A DNA stretch of 64,000 nt from Lytechinus pictus (Eukaryota), in assembly GCF_037042905.1 (NCBI RefSeq), contig NC_087263.1:9178001-9242000 (forward strand), read 5' to 3'. The position numbers and the translations under genes were made by a program. The first letter of the stretch is position 1, and each line of letters begins with the position of its first letter. Shown here one piece after another: positions 52,782 to 64,000 of this stretch. The notes beneath the pieces were generated by a model. That model was not told the DNA's origin. It worked only from the letters and a program-made list of their open reading frames with translations, and searched no databases.

Positions 52782-53052
52782 CTGAAAATGATTCGACTAC
52801 CGGCCGGGACAGGAGTCGACGGCACTCATGCACAAAGGAAACGGAATATTAAAGTCTTTCTGAAACCCAAGGAGGCATGTGTTCATCAACAATTGGATGT
52901 TGATTCAATTTTGGGTCTCCTTCCATAGAGGAAGAAGGCAAAGGGATTCATGTGATTTCAGGGGAAGAACTGGTGTACAAGAAGAAGAAGAGAGAGAAGG
53001 GGAATCAGATGTGGAATGACAAAGAGCTTTACACAGTAAAAACGCTGTTTAA

Positions 53053-53438
53053 AGCTAAATGACTGTAGTTGCAGTAAAATACTGATTTCGTGAGAAAGTC
53101 TGTAAGACCAAGGTTAAGTATTACTATATCATCGTGGATCTAGATCTGGTACAGTTACATAAACTGAACTTTGTGAAATCATAATATCTAAGCTAAAAAA
53201 CGATCACACTGAAGATCGCCAACACAGATAAGCACACGTGGGACAGTGTATTATTATTGCTGGAATAAAGACCAGACGGAAGTGACAGAATCCGCGCTTA
53301 TTTCTCAGCAATTACACAATTTCTTCCAGAATCCTTTGGCACATATTTTTTATTCATACAAACAGACAATTTGGTGATCATTATATTAAATTCTGTAAAA
53401 AGTCATTTTGACATCGTCCCCACAACTGGAATTTATCT
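53053..53438 (-). mobile_element. Kolobok-like MITE family B
   Basis: TTAA on both sides; highly similar to 52288-52680. Confidence 0.9.
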
Positions 53439-53487
53439 TTAAAATAAAACTTGACAGTGGTTGTTTATCAAGTATTTGAAATCTTAA

Positions 53488-53881
53488 AGGTAAAAGACAG
53501 TAGTTGCAGCAAACAATTATTTCATGAGAAAGTCTTTTAAATCAGTCTTAAGTCAAAAATATTTTCATACATCTAGATCTGGTACAAAAATGTAAAGTTA
53601 TCTTTGTAAAATCATGAAATCTTAGCTCAAAATCGATAATTCTGATGATTACTAACACAGAATAACACATGTGGGACAGTGCATTGATATTGCTTCGAAA
53701 AATACCCAACATTTGATGGAATTCCATGCTTATTTTGCTCATTTCTCAGCAATTATGCATTTTCTTCAAGAGCTATTTGGTACATATTTTCATCTATCAT
53801 ACATACAAACACTTTTGTGGTAATTTCATTGGATTCTGTTCGAACTCATTTTGAGATCGTTACCACAACTTGTATTTATCT
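53488..53881 (-). mobile_element. Kolobok-like MITE family B (second subtype)
   Basis: Closest to the 34455 and 61019 copies. Confidence 0.85.
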
Positions 53882-54914
53882 TCAAAACAATAAACTTTAT
53901 TTATTAACATTTAATCTTATAACCTATTAAAGCATGATTGTTCAAACTCTGAAATAAATACTGTAGAGTGTAAACAGTGTACAATTTTAAATATCATTCT
54001 AACTGTAGTGTTAAACGTCAAGTCCATCTCAGAAAAATGTTGATTTGAATAAATGGAGAAAAATCAAACTAGCATAACGCTGAAAATTTCATCGAAATCG
54101 GATGTAAAATAAGAAAGTTATGACATTTTAAAAATTAGCTTATTTTTCACAAAAAAGTGATACGCACAATTAAGTGACATGCAAATTAGACAGACAATGA
54201 TGTCCTTCACTCACTATTTCTTTTCTTTTTTATTGTTTGAATTATACAATATTTCATTTTTTACATATTTTACAATAAGGACCAACTTGACCAAACCATG
54301 TTATATCATTAAACAATGCTAATCAGAAAACAACTTGAACAAGGAGAAGAACATGAACAAGAGAAAGAAAAACGATTGCGACTCAACAAGAAAATATGAC
54401 AAGAAAAAATGGTAAAATTTGGTATTAGGATTTTCTACCTCTGTTGATGGAAACCAAGATTCTCTTTAAAATGATTTTGTTCTTGGGGTATGGAAGACTA
54501 CATGATTTGCATGGAGTCAGCATGCAATGCTATAAGCCGCAAAGACCAATTAAAGACTACAACGTCACCACATTTATGATAAAACTATCGATTAACCACA
54601 CAGATTAAACCTGGCCTAGGTATAGTACGAAGAGTTTGTTAAACCCTCTGTCATGTACTACATGATATTGCACACACGTTTTCTCTTCCAATGCTCTAGG
54701 CAAGTCCATGATATCGCAAGTGCATATCTGGAAAAGAAAAAGGAGCACATCCCCCCCCCCCCCGGACCTTATCTGTGAGGGGGGGAGTTGTTAGAATTTA
54801 TGGGTTACTAGTAGTTCATGGTAGTGACATTTTACCCATTCTCTCTCTTTTATTTTGTTACATTCTCTGTTTTACATAAGTCAGAACATGCCCCTCCCCC
54901 CCCCCCCTTCTTAA

Positions 54915-55440
54915 AGGGGTACTCCGGGCTGAAAATATTTATATCTAAATAAATTGATTAAAGACAGAGCAAAATGCTGAGTTCATCAAAATCTGATAAA
55001 AAATAGCGAAGTTATTGAATTTAGAAGTATAGCATTATTTCGTGAAAACAGGTATATGCATGTCATCATGAATATTCATGACGTGGGCTGATGATGTCAC
55101 ATCCCCACTTTCCTTTTTCTTATGTTATTTACATGAAATAATAATTGTTTCATTTTTTCATACTGTGTTAATAATGTGTCAATTCTTGGTAGAAAAAAAT
55201 TGAATAAACCTAATTTCATATAATAAAATACAAAAGAGCAAGTGGGGAAATGGCATCATCAATTTGCTCATTGAATATTCATGAAGACATGCCTGGAACT
55301 GTTTCATGGGAATAATGTAAATCTTTAAAATGCCATAACTTTGTTAATCGTTGTCCGATTTTGATCAAAATTTCAGTGTTTTGTTTGTCTGATTTTTTTT
55401 TCTGTTTATAATCATATTATTTCCAGCCCAGAGCATCCCT
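54915..55440. mobile_element. Kolobok-like MITE family D (TTAA TSD)
   Basis: TTAA|aggggtactccgggctg ... cagcccagagcatccct|TTAA. Confidence 0.85.
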
Positions 55441-55840
55441 TTAAATCCTTTGCACAATGTCACAACTAATTAATATTGAAGAGGTGCATCTATCTATAGC
55501 AATCAATTGTTTGAACAGAGGAAAAATTGAACCTCAAAACTAAAAATTCATTGTTTCAAAATACATTCACAGTATACTCAAATGGGATGATTTTCTTCAT
55601 ATAAACCAAAATCCTTCTTTTAGCTGGGGGAATAAAATCAATTTCCTTCATAGCAATTCTGCTTGAGAAAATTCTATAAACACGCTTGCTCAAACGAATC
55701 GAAGAAGAGTTCAAACAAATCAGTAATATTAGAAGAAATCTCATTTTCGTTGCAGAGCAAATCAAACAGAATATTCACAAACAAAGACATTCTTCACCAT
55801 TTCAATTACACATACAAGATAGAAATGGTCTGCTAATGGC

Positions 55841-57187
55841 AACAAGTGGAACGCCTCTGGCAGTCTCGCCTGCATTACGCAATTTAACATAGCAGCAGTG
55901 CTAACTTTGAAAACTACTGTAAAATAATCATTCACAAAAACACCATTCATATAATGATATAATACCACGTTCATTGACCATAGATGACATTTGAACGGTG
56001 ACTTAAGACTTGTCAACTACACCCATGTCCACATTTCATTCATTCTCTATCCATAAACTTTCAAAGTTATGATGGCACTTCAACAATTACCCCAACATGG
56101 CCTAAGTTTATTGACCTTAACTGACCTTTGACTTGGTTTTGTGACCTGAAACTCACAGGGGATGTTCAGTGAAGCTTGATTACTCTTATGTTTTATGAAC
56201 TAGATCCATAAACTTTCAGAGTTAGGATGGTAATTCAACAAATACCCCCAACACGGCCAAAGTTCATTGACCTTTAATGACCTTTGACCATGGTCATGTG
56301 ACCTGAAACTCGTACAGGATGTTCAGTGATACTTGATTACTCTTATGTCCAAGTTTTATGAACTAGATCCATAAACTTTCAGAGTTAGGATGGTAATCTA
56401 ACATATACGCCCAACACGGCCAAAGTTCATTGACCTTAAATGACCATTGACCATGGTCATGTGACCTGAAACTCACACAGGATATTCAGTGGTACTTGAT
56501 TAACCTAATGTCCAAGTTTCATGAACTAAATCCATAAATTTTCAAAGTTATGATGGTAATTCAACAAATACCCCCAACTTGGCCAAAGTTCATTGACCCT
56601 AAATGACCTTTGACCTTGGTCATGTGACCTGAAACTCAGGCAGGATGTTCACTAATACTTGATTAACCTTATGATCAAGTTTCATGGACTAGATCCATAA
56701 ATTTTCAAAGTTATGATAGTAATTCAACAAATGCCCCCAACTTGACCAAAGTTCATTGACCCTAAATGACCTTTGACCTTGGTCACGTGACCTGAAACTC
56801 GAGCAGGATGTTCACTAATACTTGATTAACCTTATGCCCAAGTTTCATGAACTAGGTCCATATACTTTTTAAGTTATGATGTCATTTCAAAAACTTAACC
56901 TTCGGTTAAGATTTTGAAAATAATTTTCCCAACATGGTCTAAGTTCATTGACCCTAAATGACCTTTGACCTTGGTCATGTGACCTGAAACTCAGGCAGGA
57001 TGTTCAGTAATACTTGATTAACCTTATGTCCAAGTTTCATGAACTAGGTCCATATACTTTCTAAGTTATGATGTCATTTCAAAAACTTAACCTTAGGTTA
57101 AGATTTGATGTTGACGCCGCCGCCGCCACCGCCGCCGTCGGAAAAGCGGCGCCTATAGTCTCGCTCTGCTATGCAGGCGAGACAAAA
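55841..57187. mobile_element. Helentron/HINE-like element with a ~163-bp tandem core (same family as 28837-29804)
   Basis: Subterminal IR gtctcgcctgcat (55863) / atgcaggcgagac (57171), (GCC)n, and tandem units. Confidence 0.8.
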
Positions 57188-58544
57188 CTACTTGTCTATA
57201 AAGGTTATCGGCTATTCATCATCGTAGTATCATGGACCTAGTATCAACTGGGTTTTAAAAACAGATCCTAAAGTGAATTATGAATTCTAACTCCACATCA
57301 AAGCAAACGGCTCGATCAAATCCGCTGCTCACGAAAATAAAAATATGCTTCTCGCTGCTTCCAAGCACTAGAACAAAATAGAAGGGCAGCTGTTTTTATT
57401 TGTCTCAAATCACCATGGCCAGGTGCACCTTTCTCTAACGTCATCATAATGTCCTCATAAATCAATAACGCTATTTAACTCTTATGTTACCGAAAGCAAT
57501 ATGTTTATCCATCTATGATTATGAAGATTTTTAATATTGAGTTGAAAGGATTGTACGAAAGTCCAGACACATTGATATACAGTTTGCATTAGAAACAGTA
57601 TAATGAGGCAATCGATCACACATTTTTGATATGATAGTAATTCAACAAATGCCCCCAACTTGACCAAAGTTCATTGACCCTAAATGACCTTTGACCTTGG
57701 TCACGTGACCTGAAACTCGAGCAGGATGTTCACTAATACTTGATTAACCTTATGCCCAAGTTTCATGAACTAGGTCCATATACTTTTTAAGTTATGATGT
57801 CATTTCAAAAACTTAACCTTTGGTTAAGATTTTGAAAATAATTTTCCCAACATGGTCTAAGTTCATTGACCCTAAATGACCTTTGACCTTGGTCATGTGA
57901 CCTGAAACTCAGGCAGGATGTTCAGTAATACTTGATTAACCTTATGTCCAAGTTTCATGAACTAGGTCCATATACTTTCTAAGTTATGATGTCATTTCAA
58001 AAACTTAACCTTAGGTTAAGATTTGATGTTGACGCCGCCGCCGCCACCGCCGCCGTCGGAAAAGCGGCGCCTATAGTCTCGCTCTGCTATGCAGGCGAGA
58101 CAAAACTACTTGTCTATAAAGGTTATCGGCTATTCATCATCGTAGTATCATGGACCTAGTATCAACTGGGTTTTAAAAACAGATCCTAAAGTGAATTATG
58201 AATTCTAACTCCACATCAAAGCAAACGGCTCGATCAAATCCGCTGCTCACGAAAATAAAAATATGCTTCTCGCTGCTTCCAAGCACTAGAACAAAATAGA
58301 AGGGCAGCTGTTTTTATTTGTCTCAAATCACCATGGCCAGGTGCACCTTTCTCTAACGTCATCATAATGTCCTCATAAATCAATAACGCTATTTAACTCT
58401 TATGTTACCGAAAGCAATATGTTTATCCATCTATGATTATGAAGATTTTTAATATTGAGTTGAAAGGATTGTACGAAAGTCCAGACACATTGATATACAG
58501 TTTGCATTAGAAACAGTATAATGAGGCAATCGATCACACATTTT
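56712..58544. repeat. Near-perfect tandem duplication (56712-57626 and 57630-58544; period 918 bp)
   Basis: Same 918-bp offset at both ends; one difference seen by eye (accttcggtt vs acctttggtt). Confidence 0.95.
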
Positions 58545-58656
58545 AATCCGATTCGCCGTGGGGAAATCAAAGCTTTGATTCTTTTCTGTTTCAAATTATG
58601 ATATTCCGTATTCAAATATCCACAAGAAATTAAGAATAATATTACTCTTTATTTGT

Positions 58657-58931
58657 GGAGCGTTGTTGCCTAGTGGATTAGTCTTCTGACTTTGAAACAG
58701 AGGGTTGTGGGTTTGAATCCCAGCCATGGCGTAATTTCCTTCAGCAAGAAATTCATCCACATTGTGCCGCACTCAACCCAGGTGAGATGAATGGGTAGCT
58801 GGCAGGAATTTATCCCTTGAAATGCCGTGCTGTAAAAGGCTGCGGGCTAAAGCCAGGGTAATAATTTGGAAGCGCATAGGGATGTTATGACATAATGTGA
58901 TATGCGCAATACGAGGACTACGTTATTATTA
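58657..58931 (+). mobile_element. tRNA-derived SINE (Gln-like head)
   Basis: A/B boxes, conserved core and (TTA)n tail. Confidence 0.9.
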
Positions 58932-59725
58932 CAATCCTAGTTTGGTTGATTTCAAATCAATCCCCAAGGATTTAGGTTAGACCGTATAAAACATTTAGAG
59001 TTAAAGTGATACACAAATGAATGTTTAAAAGGAGTCATAGTCTGAATTGGCTGCTCATTGCTTCTCTATACATATAGGCCTACATTTGAAAAGATGAATT
59101 GCAATTATTCATGTACATGTAAGATATTTTGTTTTCCCCCCTCTTCCATTTTACAGTGTCTCTCCCCACATTCCTTATTTTCATTCCCACTCACTCTCTG
59201 CCCTCCCACCCCTACCTTCCCACCCCTACCCCTACCCTACCCCCCCCCCACCCCCTCCCCTCTTCCAAAGTCATCCTTGATATTCAATGGCAAAAGAAAA
59301 TCACAAACACAGGATATCACATGCATGGTTTAATTTTAACAGAGAAACACCTCTATATGGGAATCTTGGTGATCTGCCAGACATATCAGTCGAATCCATC
59401 ATGGAATCCGTCAACAAAAGCAATTTGAATAAATCATGTAAAAGACATTGACTCTGAACTCGTCCTATTTCCCCGTACATGCGGGTCGATGGAAGGTGAA
59501 AAACCTTTATCACGCTGATGTAATAGGGTGCTTTCTCATGTGGTATGATTTGAACATTGATTCCGCTTGTGGTGACAGTCTAAAAATCAGTTTGAACAGA
59601 ATGCATATGAATTAGATATACAAAGCGTTATATGTGTAAATAGATCCTCCAAATGATTCGGGTAGAAAATGTGTATTTTGCTGAGAAATCAACAAAGTAC
59701 AAAACTCTATATCTAAGCAATTATA

Positions 59726-60172
59726 GGTGGTTTCAAACCGCCTTGATCACAAGAATCCCTGTTGAATTACGAGAACTTTTTCAGGCAAGTAAATACCCGT
59801 TAGTTATTCCCACATACACACCGCCCCGAAACATACCCTTATGGATAAGTTCCTGAAGTTTCGAGCATGCGCAGTATATGGTCTGATAAGCAAGCAAGGC
59901 GCGAGATTCAATATTGCTAGCTCAGTAGCCAACCACGGCGCCCTATACTACACGCAGTGCTAAAAGATCCTGTCATTTGCTTTCACATTGCCAAAATACC
60001 TGCGACCTTGGAAAAATCCCTGCGAAAGTTCTCCTAATTCTGACAAGTACCTACTATTTAGCGGGTATTTTCTTTCAGGGAGATTACGCGTAATTTGCTT
60101 TCACATTTCCATAATACCCTAGTATTTTCTGATCGGGGTAAATTTCCCGATCAGAAAATACCTGGAACTGAC
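59726..60172 (+). mobile_element. MITE family E, lacking the right TIR
   Basis: Colinear with 23063-23503. Confidence 0.85.
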
Positions 60173-61018
60173 TGCATCGTCATTATTTATCATCTGTTTT
60201 TAACTTGTTTACTGCCCTCTGTGACAAGATTTATGAATGTGTCTATTTGGTTGTTCACTCCACTCAAACTGAAATTGGGCACAAAGTTTTAAACTTTTTT
60301 TTCACGACTAAACAAGTTCATCGCAGTCAATGAGTTTACATGTTATCAGTGTAAATATGATAACACATTATTAGCATAATAATCATACTGTATGTCGAAC
60401 AAACATCAATAATCTCCTTATCCAGAGTTCCACACTAACCCTTTTTTTCGACTGGTCCAACCAGATCATGTAGACACCAAGCTTTTCCATTTTTACTGGT
60501 ATGAACCTAAAATTCACTGGTCCCAAAACATAAAGTAAGATATAAAAAAAGACTTGAGTTATTTTGCTGTCTTTTACTGCTTATTGTAACCCCCCCCCCC
60601 AAAAAAAAAAAAATAGTACACACACAACATAATTCATGAGAGCCTTTTCTCAATTTTAGAAAGACATTTTATAATTTACAAAAGCGAAGAAAACATGTGT
60701 ATCAGTTAGATGTAATTTTACCAGTAAATCTGGCTGTTTCTAAACACTTACTGGCCCAACAGCTATTTTTACTAGTCTGGGACCATCAGACCAGTGCCCG
60801 TCTTGCGCACTGCCTTATCAAATCAATATCATCATTATCTCTGTTTCTTTAATCAACATGATACCCTGTGCCCTAGACACTGACCTTCTTGATCTCATGC
60901 CGAAGATTCTTTCGTCTTAAGAACACACATAACAGCTGATGCGATCTTTTCAAGACATGACCTAAGTGTCAAATGCCCCATGTTCAGGCTTTAATACATA
61001 CCTGTTCGGTCCACAAAA

Positions 61019-61310
61019 AGTAAAAGAAAGTAGTTGCAGCGCACAATTATTTCACAAGTCTTTAAAAATAAAATCAAGGTTAAATGCTACCATATTATCA
61101 TAGAACTACTTGTAGCTCTGGTACATTGAAATAAACTGATCTTTGTGAAATCATGAAATCTTAGCTCAAAATCAATAATTCTGATCATCACTAACAAAAA
61201 AAGGCAGATGTGGGAAAGTATATTAATATTGCTTGAAAAAATACCCAACATTTGAAGGAATTCCGTGCTTATTTTGCTCATTTCTCAGCGATTATGCATA
61301 TTCTTCCAAT
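61019..61310 (-). mobile_element. Kolobok-like MITE family B, truncated
   Basis: Colinear with 53488-53881. Confidence 0.8.
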
Positions 61311-61352
61311 TTATTTTAGAAATAAGTACCTTGATCAATTGGTAGGCATTAA

Positions 61353-62218
61353 GGCCGTCTGCACCATCCCGAGTTTTCAAATTAGCGCGCTATTTCTGAT
61401 CCGGCAAATTATCCCGATCTGAAAAATCTTGAGATAGTTGGCGGTGCAGACGCAATTATCGCGCTAGTTCGTAGGATTAATCTCGAGATTGCAATCCCAA
61501 GTCAACTCGGGTTTATTTGCAAAATAGCGCGCTATTTTACGAATTATCCCGCTAATTCGTCGGTGCAGACGCACTCGAGATTGGACTCGGGGTAATTTAT
61601 TCATGACGTCAGTCCATAATGCAATTCGCGTTCCACTTCCGCCTTGGTCAAAACATAAACATGTGCGAAAGTCAACTTTATACATGCGAATAGCGTTCAA
61701 AAGCAACGATGGTGTCCCCACCAGTGAATGGATTTTGGGAGAGACCAGACCGAAGGGGGAGGCGCTCATCGACGATGGTCATATTCAATAACAACACTGA
61801 CAGCAGTGTTGTCTTATTCCTTCGCAAAATGTGAGCAAATAGCATTTCTTTCCTCCTTCTCTCCCCCTCTCTCTCTCTCTCTGTCGTTGCCTCCTACTCC
61901 GCCATCATCACATTACTTCTTCACTCGCTGAGCTGAAAGGATTGTTGCATAACACCGGTTGAACTCGGCGAAAGTACTAGTGAAAGGAGTTCATTGCTTG
62001 CATATCGCGGGAAGTTATTCAAAAGCGCGGGCCGTTGAAACTCCAAGATCCGAAAGTGCGCATGCCCGGAATATCGGGCTTGTTGCCTCGCTCGAGCAGA
62101 TATAGCTCCTCGTGGGATGGTGCAGACGGGGTTTCTTGAATCTCGAGATTAATCGCGAAGAGGGCTGATCGGGCTAAAATCTCGAGATTGAGCAAACTCG
62201 GGATGGTGCAGCACCGCC
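61353..62218 (+). mobile_element. 866-bp non-autonomous TIR element (Harbinger-like)
   Basis: Same TIRs as 2970-3350, with subterminal tgcagacg repeats and aatctcgagatt palindromes. Confidence 0.85.
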
Positions 62219-62434
62219 TATTGTGTTTGGGACCAGGAAACTTGCTTGATCTTTCACTAGTCTTTCAATGAACTTTCAATGATCTCCAGGGACTCTCTAA
62301 ACTTCTGGCTGACCTATTAGGGATCTCAATGGTCTCTGATGTCTCCCAAACTTTTTGAAACAGCAGTGCAAAATAGTTTTACAGTGGTCTTTCAGGATAT
62401 TACCATTGAGCTATTAATACAGATGATATTATAA

Positions 62435-63654
62435 GGTGGTTTCAAACCGCCTCGATCACAAGAATCCCTGTTTAATTACGAGATCTTTTTTCAGGCAAGT
62501 AAATACCTGTTAATTCTCGCTACCCCAAATAGGAACAAAAATCTCATAATACGCGAGACGAGATAATTTTCACTCCGTCGGGTCGTCATCACCACTTCCG
62601 GTTTAGAGTCGCATGCTCGCGCGAGGTTCGCGATACTGAGTTTTCCACCACGCTGAAATCGATGCCAATCAGCGTAATATGTACAGAGTATAATACTTTT
62701 TATTACATTTGGTCAGTTTTTATTCCATTTGAATTATAAATAAAAATAAAAAATATATTTCACGTGAGAATAATTTTTATTCATGTTTTTATTTGGTTAT
62801 AAAAAAATCAAACAAATAACGAATATCTTAAAATTTTGCATTTAGCGACCGGCCTGACATCACGATCGTATTCAACTAGACACTAAATATATTCAGCATT
62901 CATTTCGTTCAATTTTTCGTCGACCACAAAATGGATAAAAATCAGTTTCGGAACTTAAAAAAATCTTAACTGACAGATGAATACCGTGCAATGGAAAGCG
63001 TCAGGCAGAATTAGTGACTTTAGCAGAAAAGGCTGTAAAACTGTTAGTGAAAGAGAGGGTTGTGATCACGAACTTTCCAAGCGAAAGCTACGTTGTGTTG
63101 TTGTGCATGACGGCACTGTTGATCTAAATGGCAAAACAGTGCATTGGACTTCCGAACAGGAAGTTGTAATACCGAAAAAGCTATCCCATAATGCAATGCA
63201 ATTACAGGGATTTTCCCGGATCTCGGCGAAATCGCTATTTGGGGTAGCGAGAATTATTCCCACATTCACACCGCCCCAAAACATACCCTTCGGGATAAGT
63301 TCCTGAAGTTACAAGCATGCGCAGTATACAGTCTGATAAGCAAACAAGGCGCGAGATTCAAAATCGCTAGCTCAGCAGCCACCAACGGCTCCCGCGCCCT
63401 ATACTACACGCAGTGCTAAAAGTTCCCGTAATTTGCTTTCACATTGCCAAAATACCTGCAACCTTGGTAAAATCCCCGCGAAAGTTCTCGTAATTTTGAC
63501 AAGTACCTACTATTTAGCGGGTATTTACTTTCGGGGAGATTACGCGTAATTTGCTTTTACATTTCCAAAATTACCTGGTATTTTCTGATCGGGGTAAATT
63601 TCCCGATCAGAAAATACCTGGAACTGACGAACTTCGAGGAGGTCTGAAACCACC
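62435..63654 (+). mobile_element. MITE family E carrying a nested insertion
   Basis: Both TIRs present; interrupted at 62516-63251. Confidence 0.85.
62516..63251. mobile_element. Nested 736-bp TIR element with AATT TSD (Sola1-like)
   Basis: AATT|ctcgctaccccaaatag ... ctatttggggtagcgag|AATT. Confidence 0.8.
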
Positions 63655-64000
63655 TACAGTCTTCCCTAGGTTTCTACAGTCATTCTACTGAGATATTAAT
63701 ACCCCTTTCAAACTGGCCTCTTCATTTTTCCCCGGCGAACTTCTCCGGCACGCATTCCTCACTTCCCCGGCGAAGAAAAAAATGTAACCTTTCGCACTGA
63801 TATCTCTTCCTCAGCGAAAGTCGACGGATGATTTGCTAGGGTGGAAGTAAGTGCAGATCCGGTGTCAATGAAAGCGTGCGCTTTTTTTATTTGAATTTTA
63901 ATCGTACTCAGGTGTGTGTATGTGTATTTTAGTTTTTGTCAGACGTGTATCAATCAGATATGATTATTTACGTCTGGGACCGACCTTTAACGTCACCATC

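Noticed and set aside
61464..63306. Short ORFs inside TIR elements as transposase remnants
   Set aside because: No DDE or other recognisable motifs; they largely overlap TIR and subterminal repeats.

Overview
This is AT-rich, repeat-dense eukaryotic DNA. Its SINE and MITE families look like those of a sea urchin or other echinoderm (inferred). The window reads as part of one very large minus-strand gene that is almost all intron. The only convincing coding block is an ORF of about 2 kb (6989-9019). It encodes a disordered Ser/Pro/His/Lys-rich segment that I cannot assign to a family. Weaker minus-strand candidates include alternative first exons, a 46-nt exon and a 12-nt microexon. The rest is tRNA-derived SINEs, LINE 3' ends, many MITE families (Kolobok-, Harbinger-, hAT-, Academ- and Sola-like), Helentron/HINE-type elements with ~160-bp internal arrays, and simple repeats. 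Five things stand out. (1) Zero-length CAG|GTAAG(T) sites at about 20.4, 25.2 and 40.0 kb look like recursive splice sites. (2) More than 20 TACATGTA and 5 TAGGCCTA octamers are present, and three TACATGTA are demonstrably 6-bp insertions at a TA, consistent with transposon excision footprints. (3) Two HINE-like elements show a three-way compensatory change in their inverted repeats. (4) A repeat-borne array of five RFX X-boxes lies upstream of the big exon. (5) There is a near-perfect tandem duplication with a 918-bp period. All calls were made by eye without database searches, and repeat boundaries are approximate.
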